A stretch of DNA of 64,000 bases from Clostridiales bacterium (GCA_003343605.1 QAKW01000071.1:356-64355), one strand, 5' to 3'; shown: positions 25,900 to 35,600, counted from the stretch's first letter. The notes: a model not told the origin generated them from the letters alone. Program-made: numbers and translations.

Positions 25900-27045
25900 T
25901 CAGTTTTGCTGTTCCGTCAACATTTTTTCAATGAAAACGCCGTAGCCGGAGGTGGGGTCGTTTACCAGCACATGGGTAACAGCACCCACAATTTTTCCGT
26001 TTTGCAGAATCGGGCTGCCGCTCATCCCCTGCACAATACCCCCGGTGATTTTCAGCAGCCGCTCATCGGTTACCTTGATACACAGATTGCGATGCTCCGA
26101 GAGGTTATTATTGATCTTTGTAATCTCAATGGTAAAGGTTTCCGGCGTGTTGCCGTTTACTGTGCTGATGATCTGGGCTTCGCCCAGCTGGATTTCATCC
26201 TTCAGGGCGATTGGATAGGATACGCCGGTAAACTGCGCGGTGGCGGTGCCAAACAGGCCTGCGTCATTATTCTTATGCACAGACGCGAGAATCTGATCTT
26301 CCAGATAACCCAGCAGCTCGCCGGGGCTTCCCTTCTCCCCTGCTTTAACGCCGGTAATATTGGCGGTGACCAGCGATCCGCTGTCCACCGGCATGGTCAG
26401 GCCGGTATCCACATCAGAAATCGAATGTCCCAGCCCTGCAACAATTCCGGTTTCCGGGTCATAATAAGTGAGGGTGCCGAGCCCGGCCGTGCTGTCGCGT
26501 ACCCAAAGGCCGATCGCATAGCCCTCTTCGGTTGCCGTAGGCGTAACCCAGACCGTCTGTGAACGCTGGTTGCGCAGAATCCGCGCTTTTTGCTTTTCGC
26601 CGCCGCTTTGCATGACCTGCGCCTTCAGCTCTTCATTGGAACGGACTTCCACATTATTATAAGATAAAATAATATCCCCAACCTGGATGCCGGCCTCAAC
26701 GCCAGCACTTCCGGCCTCGGCATCCACAACAATCACGCCTTTTGTGTAAAGCTTTACGCCGAAGGGCGAGCCCAAAACAACCAGCTGTTTTTTGGCGATC
26801 TGGTTGATGGTGGCGTTTTTAATGGGCAGAAAACCAAACAGTTTAATTTTTGCGGTATAGCTGCCCTCCTGATTGCCGGCAATGGTTTGGGCATCGGCCT
26901 CCAGCGTATAAAACGTGCTGCCGGCAGGGTCTTCCCCGGGATAGCAATTATAGGTATCGGGAATGCGTGAAACATAAAATCCCAGCAGTGAGAGCGTGAT
27001 GCTGATCCCGGCCAGGAAACTGATCAAACGAACCGTTTTTTTCAT
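25900..27045 (-). CDS. spoIVB: SpoIVB signalling serine peptidase (S55)
   Basis: N-terminal anchor, PDZ (GIQVGDIILSYNNVEV), and S55 domain (GLGTLTYYDPETG...GMSGSPI). Confidence 0.88.
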   Translation of the reverse strand: MKKTVRLISFLAGISITLSLLGFYVSRIPDTYNCYPGEDPAGSTFYTLEADAQTIAGNQEGSYTAKIKLFGFLPIKNATINQIAKKQLVVLGSPFGVKLYTKGVIVVDAEAGSAGVEAGIQVGDIILSYNNVEVRSNEELKAQVMQSGGEKQKARILRNQRSQTVWVTPTATEEGYAIGLWVRDSTAGLGTLTYYDPETGIVAGLGHSISDVDTGLTMPVDSGSLVTANITGVKAGEKGSPGELLGYLEDQILASVHKNNDAGLFGTATAQFTGVSYPIALKDEIQLGEAQIISTVNGNTPETFTIEITKINNNLSEHRNLCIKVTDERLLKITGGIVQGMSGSPILQNGKIVGAVTHVLVNDPTSGYGVFIEKMLTEQQN

Positions 27046-27111
27046 CTTTAAAACAACCTTTCAACGGTTATTTTCTGATGAAAAACAGATTATATGCGGC
27101 GCATTTTCTGC

Positions 27112-27150
27112 CAAAAACGAAAAGACTTCCCAATGCGGGAAGTCTTCATT
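27112..27150 (-). terminator. intrinsic terminator after the sigma/anti-sigma pair
   Basis: On the minus strand GAAGACTTCCC-gcatt-GGGAAGTCTT is followed by TTCGTTTTT. Confidence 0.65.
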
Positions 27151-27159
27151 TTAAAAGGT

Positions 27160-28200
27160 TCAGCGATAGCTAAGCTGAATAAGCTCATTGTTTAAAGAGC
27201 AGCGCTCCAGGGCAAACTGAGAGAGAATCTCATTGCAGAGTGCTTCAGAAGGCACCGCATCGCCGTCCGCCGGTTTGAGCAAAACCGAAACCTGATTTTT
27301 TTCCCCGAAGAGATAGGTGCGCACATTTCCCGCCTGCGTGTAAGAGGAAACCTCCGTTGCAATTTCTTCTTTTTGCTCCGTTACCTCTTTTGCGGTTGCG
27401 GGAATCTGCACGGCGGAAGTGATTTCCAGAATATAATCCGCGCCCTCGTAGGTCAGCCAATAGGAATAAGAGTACTGCCCGGTCTGTGAATAAAGATAAA
27501 AGCAGCGGAAATTGGCATGATCCGGCAGCAGCGAGGGCACAATAATCAGTTCCCGGGCATTATAGTAGGTTTTACCGTACCCTTGTGTCTGCTTATCATC
27601 AAGCGCGCTGAGAAAGGCGCTGATGGAATAATAGGTGCGCTGGGTTGTGGTATTGATTTCCACCGGATCGCGCGGATCCGCGGACGGAATACTTTCGGAA
27701 GGATTCAGGATCCCGCTGGAATCAGAGCCGGAGCTTGCCGGCGGAATTTCACCCGAAGGGAGATGGCTGCTATCGCCGCCGCCCGCCGCGTTCTGCCCGG
27801 CATTTGCCGAGGGATCTTCGGAATCCGGCAGCGAAGCGCTGCTGTTTCCCGCGCCGTTTGCCTGCGCCTGATTCTCGGTGCCGCTGGTTGTTTCCGGCGG
27901 GGCCTGCTCCGGCGGCTGGGTATCGCCGTAGGTTTCTCCCGATAAAAAGGGCAGTGTTCCCAGCTCGTCTTCATAAACCTGCCCGCGATGAAGAAAGAAA
28001 GCGCCGGTAACAACGCAGACGCAGATGACGGCCGCCGCTCCTGCAATTGCGGCCGTATAGGCCGGGCGCCATTTGAGGCGCGGGGCCGGTTCTCCGGCCC
28101 GGTGATCGCGGGCCTCTGCCATCAGCGCAAGCGTTTCTTCATTCAAAGGATCCGATGGCGCAACGTCTTTATATGCGCTGCGGTATAGATCTTCAAACAT
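27160..28200 (-). CDS. putative anti-sigma factor, single-pass membrane protein with a low-complexity linker
   Basis: Start overlaps the sigma stop (TAATG). One TM helix (AAIAGAAAVICVCVVTGAFFL), then a Pro/Ser/Gly/Ala-rich linker and an uncharacterised C-terminal domain. Confidence 0.6.
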   Translation of the reverse strand: MFEDLYRSAYKDVAPSDPLNEETLALMAEARDHRAGEPAPRLKWRPAYTAAIAGAAAVICVCVVTGAFFLHRGQVYEDELGTLPFLSGETYGDTQPPEQAPPETTSGTENQAQANGAGNSSASLPDSEDPSANAGQNAAGGGDSSHLPSGEIPPASSGSDSSGILNPSESIPSADPRDPVEINTTTQRTYYSISAFLSALDDKQTQGYGKTYYNARELIIVPSLLPDHANFRCFYLYSQTGQYSYSYWLTYEGADYILEITSAVQIPATAKEVTEQKEEIATEVSSYTQAGNVRTYLFGEKNQVSVLLKPADGDAVPSEALCNEILSQFALERCSLNNELIQLSYR

Positions 28201-28679
28201 TAAAACGATTCTCCTTCCATGAAATCTCTGAGCTTTTTTCGCGCGCGTTTCAGCCCGGTGCGAACCGTAGAGGGGTTCATCTCCAGAATCCGGGCAATTT
28301 CATCTGATTTATAGCCTTCGTAGTAGTAAAGATGAATCAGCGCGCGCTGCTGCGCCGGCAGCGCGGCCAACGCTTCATCGAGTTTCTCGTTTTGCGCCGG
28401 CAGCGCGGCGGATATGGCTTCCGCGCCTGTTAAGGGAACATCCCGGCGTGCGGCGCGCTTTAAATAATCCTTGCAGCAATTCACCGTAACGCGAATAAAC
28501 CAGGCACGCTGATGCTCCGAATCGTTAAATTCAGGCTGGCAGCGGATATAGCGCAGAAAAACATCCTGATAAATATCATCGGCATCGGCAACACTGCGCG
28601 TTTGAGCGATTGCCAGTTTATAAACGGTGGGGCCGAGGGCGGCGATCAGGCGCCGCAGTTGTTCATCGGTACAAGCCAA
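28200..28679 (-). CDS. ECF-type RNA polymerase sigma-70 family factor
   Basis: Region 2 is DIYQDVFLRY...RAWFIRVTVN. Region 4 is YYYEGYKSDEIARILEMNPSTVRTGLKRARKKL. Confidence 0.88.
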   Translation of the reverse strand: MACTDEQLRRLIAALGPTVYKLAIAQTRSVADADDIYQDVFLRYIRCQPEFNDSEHQRAWFIRVTVNCCKDYLKRAARRDVPLTGAEAISAALPAQNEKLDEALAALPAQQRALIHLYYYEGYKSDEIARILEMNPSTVRTGLKRARKKLRDFMEGESF

Positions 28680-28704
28680 GGCCTTGGGCTCCTTTCTGAT
28701 AGTA

Positions 28705-28732
28705 ATACGATCGAGCGGGGGATTTTGTTGCA
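28705..28732 (-). promoter_or_regulatory. candidate ECF-type autoregulatory promoter TGCAAC-17-CGTAT
   Basis: The minus strand reads TGCAACaaaatcccccgctcgatCGTAT, about 25 nt upstream of the RBS of the sigma gene. It resembles the AAC/CGT class of ECF promoters. Confidence 0.4.
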
Positions 28733-28792
28733 GGCAAACGTAAATTTATTTTGAACAAAAGGGGCACGGGAGCCTCCCGTACCCTTTTGTTT

Positions 28793-30229
28793 TTAATAAG
28801 CTTTTCCCCAATAGACAAGAGCTTGCGCTTTTCTGCCGCAGCAGACGCAGGTTTCGCTCACCCGTTCCTGATCCTCGAAGGGCATACAGCGGGAGGATAC
28901 CTCCGCCTCCTCCTTCAACCGAAGCTCGCAGGCTTCATCGCCGCACCACATTGCGCGGATAAAGCCGGGTTTTTCTGCCGCGATCCGCTTCATCTCATCG
29001 AGCGTTACGGCTGTATGGGTCATCTTTTTCCGCCGTTCCAGCGCGCGGCTATAAAGATTTTCCTGAATCGTTCCGAGCAGCGCGGGCACCGCTGATTCCA
29101 GCGCGGTGAGCGGGACGGTTGTTTTTTCCGCCGTATCCCGCCGGCTTAAAATACAAACGCCGTTTTCAATATCGCGGGGACCGATTTCCAGGCGGATCGG
29201 AACGCCGCGCATTTCATGCTGCGCAAACTTCCAGCCGGGGCTGTTTTCGCTCTCGTCGATGCGCACGCGGCAAACGCCGGAAAGCAGGCCGAGCAGCTCC
29301 CGCGCTTTTTCCAGAACGCCGGGTTTATGCTGGGCAACGGGAACGATCATCACCTGTACCGGCGCAATGCGGGGAGGAAGAACCAGCCCGTTATCATCGC
29401 CGTGCGTCATAATCACGGCGCCGATCAGCCGGGTGGTGGATCCCCAGGAGGTTTGATGCGGGTAGGCGAGTTTGTTTTCCCGGTCGGTAAAGGTGACCCC
29501 AAAGGCTTTGGAAAAGCCATCGCCAAAATAATGGGAGGTTCCGCTTTGCAGCGCCTTCCCATCGTGCATCAGTGCTTCAATGGTATAGGTCTCTTCCGCG
29601 CCGGCAAATTTTTCTTTTTCGGTTTTTCTTCCCTGAATAACCGGAATGGCCAGATATTCCTTGCAGAAGCGCGCGTAGGTATCGAGCATGTCCATCGTTT
29701 CCTTGCGGGCTTCCTCGGCCGTTGCGTGCAGGGTGTGGCCTTCCTGCCAGAGAAACTCCCGGGTGCGCAGAAACGGACGCGTCGTTTTTTCCCACCGGAC
29801 CACCGAAACCCACTGATTATACAATTTCGGCAGATCCCGCCAGGAATGCACAATATCTTTGAAATGATCACAAAACAAAACCTCGGAAGTCGGCCGGATA
29901 CATAACCGTTCTTCCAGCTTTTCGCTGCCGCCGGCGGTTACCCAGGCAACCTCCGGGGCAAACCCCTCCACATGCTCCTTTTCCTTATTCAGCAGGCTTT
30001 CAGGAATCAGCATCGGCATGCAGATATTTTCATGCCCCAGTTCCTTGAACATTCCGTCGAGCGCCTGCTGCATCAGCTCCCACATGGCATAGCCATACGG
30101 ACGGATGATGCAGAATCCCTTTACATTGGAATAAGCGGCAAGATCGGCTTTTTTTACAATATCGGTGTACCATTGGGCGAAATCCTCGTCCATCGCGGTA
30201 ATTTCCCGCACCTTTTTCTGTTTATCCAC
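28793..30229 (-). CDS. proS: proline--tRNA ligase (archaeal/eukaryote-like short form)
   Basis: [15 protein letters not shown], class II motifs and a C-terminal Zn-binding region (CVCCGRKA). A GTG start at 30229 is preferred over the track start 30295, whose hydrophobic 22-aa extension is not seen in ProRS. Confidence 0.9.
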   Translation of the reverse strand: MDKQKKVREITAMDEDFAQWYTDIVKKADLAAYSNVKGFCIIRPYGYAMWELMQQALDGMFKELGHENICMPMLIPESLLNKEKEHVEGFAPEVAWVTAGGSEKLEERLCIRPTSEVLFCDHFKDIVHSWRDLPKLYNQWVSVVRWEKTTRPFLRTREFLWQEGHTLHATAEEARKETMDMLDTYARFCKEYLAIPVIQGRKTEKEKFAGAEETYTIEALMHDGKALQSGTSHYFGDGFSKAFGVTFTDRENKLAYPHQTSWGSTTRLIGAVIMTHGDDNGLVLPPRIAPVQVMIVPVAQHKPGVLEKARELLGLLSGVCRVRIDESENSPGWKFAQHEMRGVPIRLEIGPRDIENGVCILSRRDTAEKTTVPLTALESAVPALLGTIQENLYSRALERRKKMTHTAVTLDEMKRIAAEKPGFIRAMWCGDEACELRLKEEAEVSSRCMPFEDQERVSETCVCCGRKAQALVYWGKAY

Positions 30230-30353
30230 CTTTTCCCCGGCCTCCAAAATCAAAATTATTAAAAATATTATAACTTTGTTCGGGGCGATAGTCAATATGT
30301 TTATATTTGACTTTTCGGCGCATACAGGCTAAAATAAAACGGAGGTGAATACG

Positions 30354-31376
30354 ATGAAACTTCTGGCAACAGCCGATCTGCATATTCAAAAAGAAGAAGA
30401 CGCCGCTTTGCTGGAGCGGATTATGAAAAAAGCGGAAGAACAGAGCTGTTCCGCCGTTTTAATCGGAGGCGACCTGCTTGAAAGCCCCTTTCCCGATGCG
30501 GCGGCGGAACAGGCGATTTTCCATATTCTGGAGGCGCACCCCTTGCCGATTTATCTGGCTGCGGGAAATCACGACCCGCTTGCCGTCACGCCGCTGTACC
30601 GGAACCTGCCGCCGCAGGTTCATCTTTTCCCGGAGGAGCCGGCAATGTTTCCGCTTGCGGAAAAGATCCGCCTGTTTGGCTATTCGGCAGCGCGGGAACA
30701 GGAAGACCGCAATCCCCTTGCACATTTCCGGGCGCCCGGCGATGGTGTGAATATTCTGCTGGCCCACGGGCAGCCCGATGGCGGCGCCGCCTCGTTTCTG
30801 CCGGTTTCGGGCGCCCGGCTGGCCGCAAGCGGTTTGAAGCTCGCGATATTGGGGCATATCCATAAGGCGGAGCAGCGGGAGATCGGCGGCTGCCGGCTGC
30901 TGGTGCCCGGCATTCCGCAGGGGCGCGGCTGGGATGAGATGGGGGAAAAGAGCGTCTATTTGATTGAGATTGATCCCTCCGGCGGGATATTGATCGAGCC
31001 CTGCTGTGTTGCAGAGCGCGTCTACCGGGAGTACCGGGTGGATGTTACCCGCTGTGAAGACAGTATGGAGATTCTGAACAGGATGGAACAGGTTGTGATC
31101 CCGGAAAATACGGTGGCAAGGCTGGTGCTGACCGGCTGCCCGCTGGTTAATCCGGAGGCGGCGGCGCGGGTCTATACCGAGCAGCACAACCGCCCGGTCC
31201 GGGATGAAACGGATCCTTCCCTCTCTATTGAATTACTGCTTGAGCAGAACACGCTTCAGGGCGCATTTGTCCGCCGGGCGATGGCGGAAATCGAGCAGGC
31301 TTCTCCGGAAGAACGCCCGGCGCTGGAAGAAGCGCTTAAAATCGGGCTTAAAGCGTTAAAGGAGGCCAAGCTGTGA
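30354..31376 (+). CDS. metallophosphoesterase, SbcD/YhaO-like DNA repair exonuclease
   Basis: ADLH, GGDL, GNHD and GHIH calcineurin-like motifs. RBS GGAGG lies 8 nt before ATG 30354. Confidence 0.8.
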   Translation: MKLLATADLHIQKEEDAALLERIMKKAEEQSCSAVLIGGDLLESPFPDAAAEQAIFHILEAHPLPIYLAAGNHDPLAVTPLYRNLPPQVHLFPEEPAMFPLAEKIRLFGYSAAREQEDRNPLAHFRAPGDGVNILLAHGQPDGGAASFLPVSGARLAASGLKLAILGHIHKAEQREIGGCRLLVPGIPQGRGWDEMGEKSVYLIEIDPSGGILIEPCCVAERVYREYRVDVTRCEDSMEILNRMEQVVIPENTVARLVLTGCPLVNPEAAARVYTEQHNRPVRDETDPSLSIELLLEQNTLQGAFVRRAMAEIEQASPEERPALEEALKIGLKALKEAKL

Positions 31377-33442
31377 GGCTGATACAGCTGGAGATCAAGC
31401 AGTTTGGCAAACTGGAATCCTTGATCCTGGAGCCGGGCGCGGGGCTGAATATATACCGGCAGCCGAATGAATCCGGCAAAACCACGCTGATTTATTTTAT
31501 CTACTTCATGTTTTACGGATATGAGGCACGGCTTCTCAAATCCTATTTTCCCTGGAAAGGCGGGCCGTTGGCCGGAACCCTCACCTTTGAGGAAAAGGGC
31601 CGGCAATGGCGGATAGAGCGGGTGCATCCGGTAAAGGGTGCTGCAAAACGAAAGGTTTTCTGCCTGGATACGGGGGAAGAAAAAATGTTGGCCGCCCGGG
31701 AGCAGCCCGGCCCGCTTTTTCTGCATCTGGACGGCGAAACCTTTTTAAAAACCTTTTGTATTACCCAGGGCAACCTGCTTTTTGCCCGGACAGACGGATT
31801 GGATACCGCCCTGAAAAATCTGGCAGCCACCGGCGATGAAAATGCATCGTTTGAGCGGGCGGAGGCAATTTTGAACCGGCAGCATACGCAATATATGCAT
31901 CGGGGCAGAGCGCAGGGCAAGCTGCTGGAGCTGCAGCAGGAGCTGGAAAAAAACCGGCGCGCGCTGCAGCTGATTCGCCGGGAAATTGATGCGAAAATCG
32001 ATCAGAAACGTGAATGGGAGCGCCTGCAGGCCGGGCTCGAAGAGGCAGACAGGGCCTATCAGGCGCTGGAAGCGCAGAGGGAGGCCGCCGAAAAAAGCGA
32101 CGCGCTGCGGCTGCTGGAGCAAATTACCGCGCTGGAGCGCTTAAAAGATCCTGCATCAGAAAAACCACAGGTTTCAAAAGAGGCGCTTGGCACACTTGAC
32201 CACGCGTTTGTGGAGGAAGCGGAAACCAAGAAGAACGCGGTGTTGGCTGCCGAAGAAAAGGGCAACGCGGAAGACCGGCTTCAGCTGCTGCGGGAAAACC
32301 GCGCCGCCTTTGGCTTTCACGCCGGAACAGAGCAGGAAATCGCCCAGCTCCAAAGGGGCTGGAAACGCGGCTGGATTTACTGCGGGATCGCGCTGCTCTG
32401 CGCAGGCGGTGCCGGCGTGGCCGCGGGGCTTCTGCTGCACCCGCTTTTTTATCTGGCGGCAGGAATCCTGGCAGCCGCGGGGTGCGCGCTTCTGCTGGGC
32501 AGGCAGGGCAGCCGGGCGCGGCTTTGCCGCGCCTATGGCGTGTTCAACGGACGTCAGCTGCTGGAAAAATGGGCGCGGTATCAGGATCTGGGCAGTCGGG
32601 AGCAGGCACTGGCTGCAGCCTGGGAGCAGGCCTGTGCGCGGGAAGCCGATGCCAAAAGGGCGGCGCAAAACGCGCAGGCACAGCTTGCCGCGCTTCAGGC
32701 CCAATACCGGATTCTGACACCGCAGGAGCTGGAGCGGGAAAGGATCCGCTGGGAAATTTATGAAAACCGCTCCGGGCAGGCGCGGGCCGAGCAGCAGATT
32801 CAGGCGCTGCTGGGGGCTAAAAACCGGGCTCAGGTGGAAGCGTTGGCGCAGGGAGCGGTGCTTCTGCCGGAAACGGCGGAACAGATCGATCAGGCGCTGC
32901 GGGAAACAGAGGCGCTTAGGGCGCACATGCGGGAGCAGATGGAAGCGCTGGATATTCGGGGGCTGAAGCAGCTCTGGCAGCAGCAGGAGGCGCTTGAACG
33001 CCGGATTCGCGTGCAGCAGGAAACCGCCGAAAGCTGGCAGAAAAGCCTGAACGCGGTAATTAAAACCATGTCCTGGCTCAAAAGCGCCAATGAAGAGATG
33101 AACACGCAGTTTGCCCCGAAGCTCTGCGCGCTGGCCGCAGACGCGCTTTCCCGGCTGACCGGCGGGAAATACAGCGAGCTGCTCCTGAACGACCGTTTTG
33201 AAATCCGTCTGCGCACGGCGGAGGGCACCTTTCCGGTAGATGCTTTTTCCGCCGGCACAAAAGATGCCGTTTATTTTGCGTTTCGGCTGGCGGTCAGCGC
33301 ATTGCTGAGCGAGACCGCTCTGCCTCTGGTTTTGGATGATCCGTTTGTGAATCTGGATCCGGCGCGGTATAAGCAGGCTGTTTGGCTGCTGGAAACCGCT
33401 GCAAAAGAACGTCAGATTTTGTACTTTACCTGCCATTCATAA
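31373..33442 (+). CDS. SMC/SbcC-like AAA ATPase (YhaN-like) with a central TM hairpin
   Basis: Walker A is QPNESGKTT, signature-like is FSAGTKD, and Walker B is LVLDDPF. Long coiled coils are interrupted at about 32369-32500 by two hydrophobic helices. GTGA overlaps the upstream gene. Confidence 0.8.
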   Translation: MRLIQLEIKQFGKLESLILEPGAGLNIYRQPNESGKTTLIYFIYFMFYGYEARLLKSYFPWKGGPLAGTLTFEEKGRQWRIERVHPVKGAAKRKVFCLDTGEEKMLAAREQPGPLFLHLDGETFLKTFCITQGNLLFARTDGLDTALKNLAATGDENASFERAEAILNRQHTQYMHRGRAQGKLLELQQELEKNRRALQLIRREIDAKIDQKREWERLQAGLEEADRAYQALEAQREAAEKSDALRLLEQITALERLKDPASEKPQVSKEALGTLDHAFVEEAETKKNAVLAAEEKGNAEDRLQLLRENRAAFGFHAGTEQEIAQLQRGWKRGWIYCGIALLCAGGAGVAAGLLLHPLFYLAAGILAAAGCALLLGRQGSRARLCRAYGVFNGRQLLEKWARYQDLGSREQALAAAWEQACAREADAKRAAQNAQAQLAALQAQYRILTPQELERERIRWEIYENRSGQARAEQQIQALLGAKNRAQVEALAQGAVLLPETAEQIDQALRETEALRAHMREQMEALDIRGLKQLWQQQEALERRIRVQQETAESWQKSLNAVIKTMSWLKSANEEMNTQFAPKLCALAADALSRLTGGKYSELLLNDRFEIRLRTAEGTFPVDAFSAGTKDAVYFAFRLAVSALLSETALPLVLDDPFVNLDPARYKQAVWLLETAAKERQILYFTCHS

Positions 33443-33516
33443 AAAAGTATTGTATTTTTGGCAAAATTAATATAAAATAGGAGTAGTTCTATATTATTAA
33501 AGGAGGAACTTCTGTC

Positions 33517-33864
33517 ATGACCGTAAGTAACCACAACGGAACGATAAATATAACGGAAACGGTTTTTGCCAATATTGTGGGTCATGTCGCCAACTCCTGC
33601 TACGGCGTGGTGGGTATGGCTGCCAAATCCGCGGGAGACGGGATCGTATCCCTGCTGAAAAAAGATCATTATGAAAAGGGCGTGAAGGTCATTCCCGGTG
33701 AAGACGGTATCATTGTGGAAATGCATATCGTGGTGTTATACGGCGTGAATCTGCCGGCGGTAACCCGGAGTATTTCCAAGGAAGTAAAATATATGGTGGA
33801 GCAGATGACCGGCTTTATCGTAAAGAAAGTCAATATTTTTATTGACGGAATGAAAGCAAACTAA
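33517..33864 (+). CDS. Asp23/Gls24 family envelope stress protein (YloU-like)
   Basis: INITETVFANIVGHVANSCYGVVGM is the typical Asp23 N-terminus. Confidence 0.85.
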   Translation: MTVSNHNGTINITETVFANIVGHVANSCYGVVGMAAKSAGDGIVSLLKKDHYEKGVKVIPGEDGIIVEMHIVVLYGVNLPAVTRSISKEVKYMVEQMTGFIVKKVNIFIDGMKAN

Positions 33865-33880
33865 GGAGAAGCACATAGAG

Positions 33881-35509
33881 ATGATTACAGGTAAGCAGTA
33901 TTGCGAGATGGTGATATCCGGATGCAACCATCTCAGCAATCAAAAGGCGGCGATCAATGCGCTGAATGTGTTCCCTGTTCCGGATGGCGATACCGGCACC
34001 AACATGACGCTGACCATTTCAGCGGCGGCCCGGGAATTGCAGAATATGGGGGAATGCACCATTTCAGAAGCTTCAGACCGGGCGGCCGGCGCAATGCTGA
34101 AAGGGGCGCGGGGCAATAGCGGCGTGATTTTATCCCTGCTGTTCCGCGGCATATCCAAAGGTCTGCGGGATAAAGAATATGCAAACGCCAAAGAATTTGC
34201 ACTGGCGCTCAATGAAGGGGTAAAGGCCGCGTACCGCGCGGTGATGAAGCCAACGGAGGGAACGGTTTTAACCGTTTCCCGGGTCGCCACGGAACGGCTG
34301 CTTCAATATGCGGAGGGCAATATTACCGAAGTGGATGCCCTCACTTATTTTGTGAAGGAAGCCAACGATGTTCTGGCACAGACCCCGGAGATGCTGCCCC
34401 AGCTGAAGCAGGCGGGCGTTGTAGACGCAGGCGGCAAGGGCTTTGCCGTTGTGATGGAAGGCGCGCTGGCGGCGCTGATGGGGAATCCGATCCAGCTCGT
34501 AGAGCAGCAGGAAGCTGTGAGTGATACGGTGGTAGACGAGGTGGCCCTGCGGGAAGAGGATATTAAATTTACCTATTGCACCGAATATATCGTCACGGTA
34601 GATGAAACGGCGAAAAAAAGCAATCCGGCCGATCTGCGTTCCTATCTGGAATCGATTGGGGACAGTGTGGTCTGCGTACCCGATAATGACATTATCAAGG
34701 TGCATGTGCATACCAATCATCCCGGGCGCGCCATTGAAGAGGCGCTGCGCTACGGTTCCCTTGTAAATCTGAAAATCGATAATATGAAAGAAGAATTCCG
34801 GGCCCGGCAGAAGGAGAATCCCTCCGGCCTGCAGATTGCCGATGCCGCCAAACGCTACGGCTTTGTTTCCGTGGTGGCCGGCGAAGGGCTTGCCGCGCTG
34901 TTTCGGGATCTTGGCGTGGATACGGTGGTGGAAGGCGGGCAAACCATGAATCCCTCTACTGCCGATATTCTGGCAGCCATCAATCAAACGCCGAGCGAGA
35001 TGGTATTCGTGCTGCCGAATAATAAAAACATCATTATGGCGGCGGAGCAGGCAAAAGAGCTTTCCACGGTCAAACAGGTTGTGGTGATCCCCTCGAAAAC
35101 GGTTCCCCAGGGGGTAACGGCCATGCTCGGCTTTGATGAAAGCATGGAGCCTGCTGAAATCGAAGAAACGATGACGGCCCAGCTGGCCACGGTAAAGACC
35201 GCGCAGGTCACCTATGCAGCCCGGGATTCGGTCTTTGACGATCAGGAAATCCGGGAAGGGCAGCTTTTAGGCCTTCTGGAAACAAAGGTTTCATTTGTGG
35301 AAGATCAGATGGAGGTGCTGATTGAGAAGCTTTTTGCGCGCCTTCTGGAAGAAGGAGGCACCTATATCAACATCTATTATGGAGCCGACGCTACGGAAGA
35401 GCAGGCGCAGGCGATCCGCGAACAGGTGCAGGGGATGAATCCGGAAGCAGAGGTCATCTGCCTGAACGGCGGGCAGCCGATTTATCCGTATATTTTTTCT
35501 GTAGAATAG
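33881..35509 (+). CDS. DAK2 domain fusion protein YloV
   Basis: INALNVFPVPDGDTGTNM is the Dak2 phosphate-binding motif. Length is 542 aa and it lies downstream of Asp23, as in yloU-yloV. Confidence 0.88.
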   Translation: MITGKQYCEMVISGCNHLSNQKAAINALNVFPVPDGDTGTNMTLTISAAARELQNMGECTISEASDRAAGAMLKGARGNSGVILSLLFRGISKGLRDKEYANAKEFALALNEGVKAAYRAVMKPTEGTVLTVSRVATERLLQYAEGNITEVDALTYFVKEANDVLAQTPEMLPQLKQAGVVDAGGKGFAVVMEGALAALMGNPIQLVEQQEAVSDTVVDEVALREEDIKFTYCTEYIVTVDETAKKSNPADLRSYLESIGDSVVCVPDNDIIKVHVHTNHPGRAIEEALRYGSLVNLKIDNMKEEFRARQKENPSGLQIADAAKRYGFVSVVAGEGLAALFRDLGVDTVVEGGQTMNPSTADILAAINQTPSEMVFVLPNNKNIIMAAEQAKELSTVKQVVVIPSKTVPQGVTAMLGFDESMEPAEIEETMTAQLATVKTAQVTYAARDSVFDDQEIREGQLLGLLETKVSFVEDQMEVLIEKLFARLLEEGGTYINIYYGADATEEQAQAIREQVQGMNPEAEVICLNGGQPIYPYIFSVE

Positions 35510-35560
35510 GCTTCGCCGCGCCGTTTCGCTAAAAGGCGGCGATAATCAAAGCAATGTAAC

Positions 35561-35600
35561 AAACGGACTTCGTGTTTCAAGCGAAGTCCGTTTTATTTTT
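35561..35600 (+). terminator. intrinsic terminator after yloV-like gene
   Basis: AACGGACTTCG-tgtttcaag-CGAAGTCCGTT followed by TTATTTTT. Confidence 0.8.

Noticed and set aside
30230-30353. Possible T-box leader upstream of proS
   Set aside because: Only about 120 bp separate proS from the divergent gene. That is too short for a T-box, and no T-box sequence (AGGGTGGNACCGCG-like) is visible.
30354-33442. Calling the phosphoesterase plus ATPase pair a phage-defence system (Lamassu/Gabija-like)
   Set aside because: The domain content and coupling match the widespread YhaO/YhaN (SbcCD-like) housekeeping pair. There is no additional effector gene, and the flanking genes (proS, Asp23/yloV) are core. 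It is kept only as a structural curiosity because of the TM hairpin.
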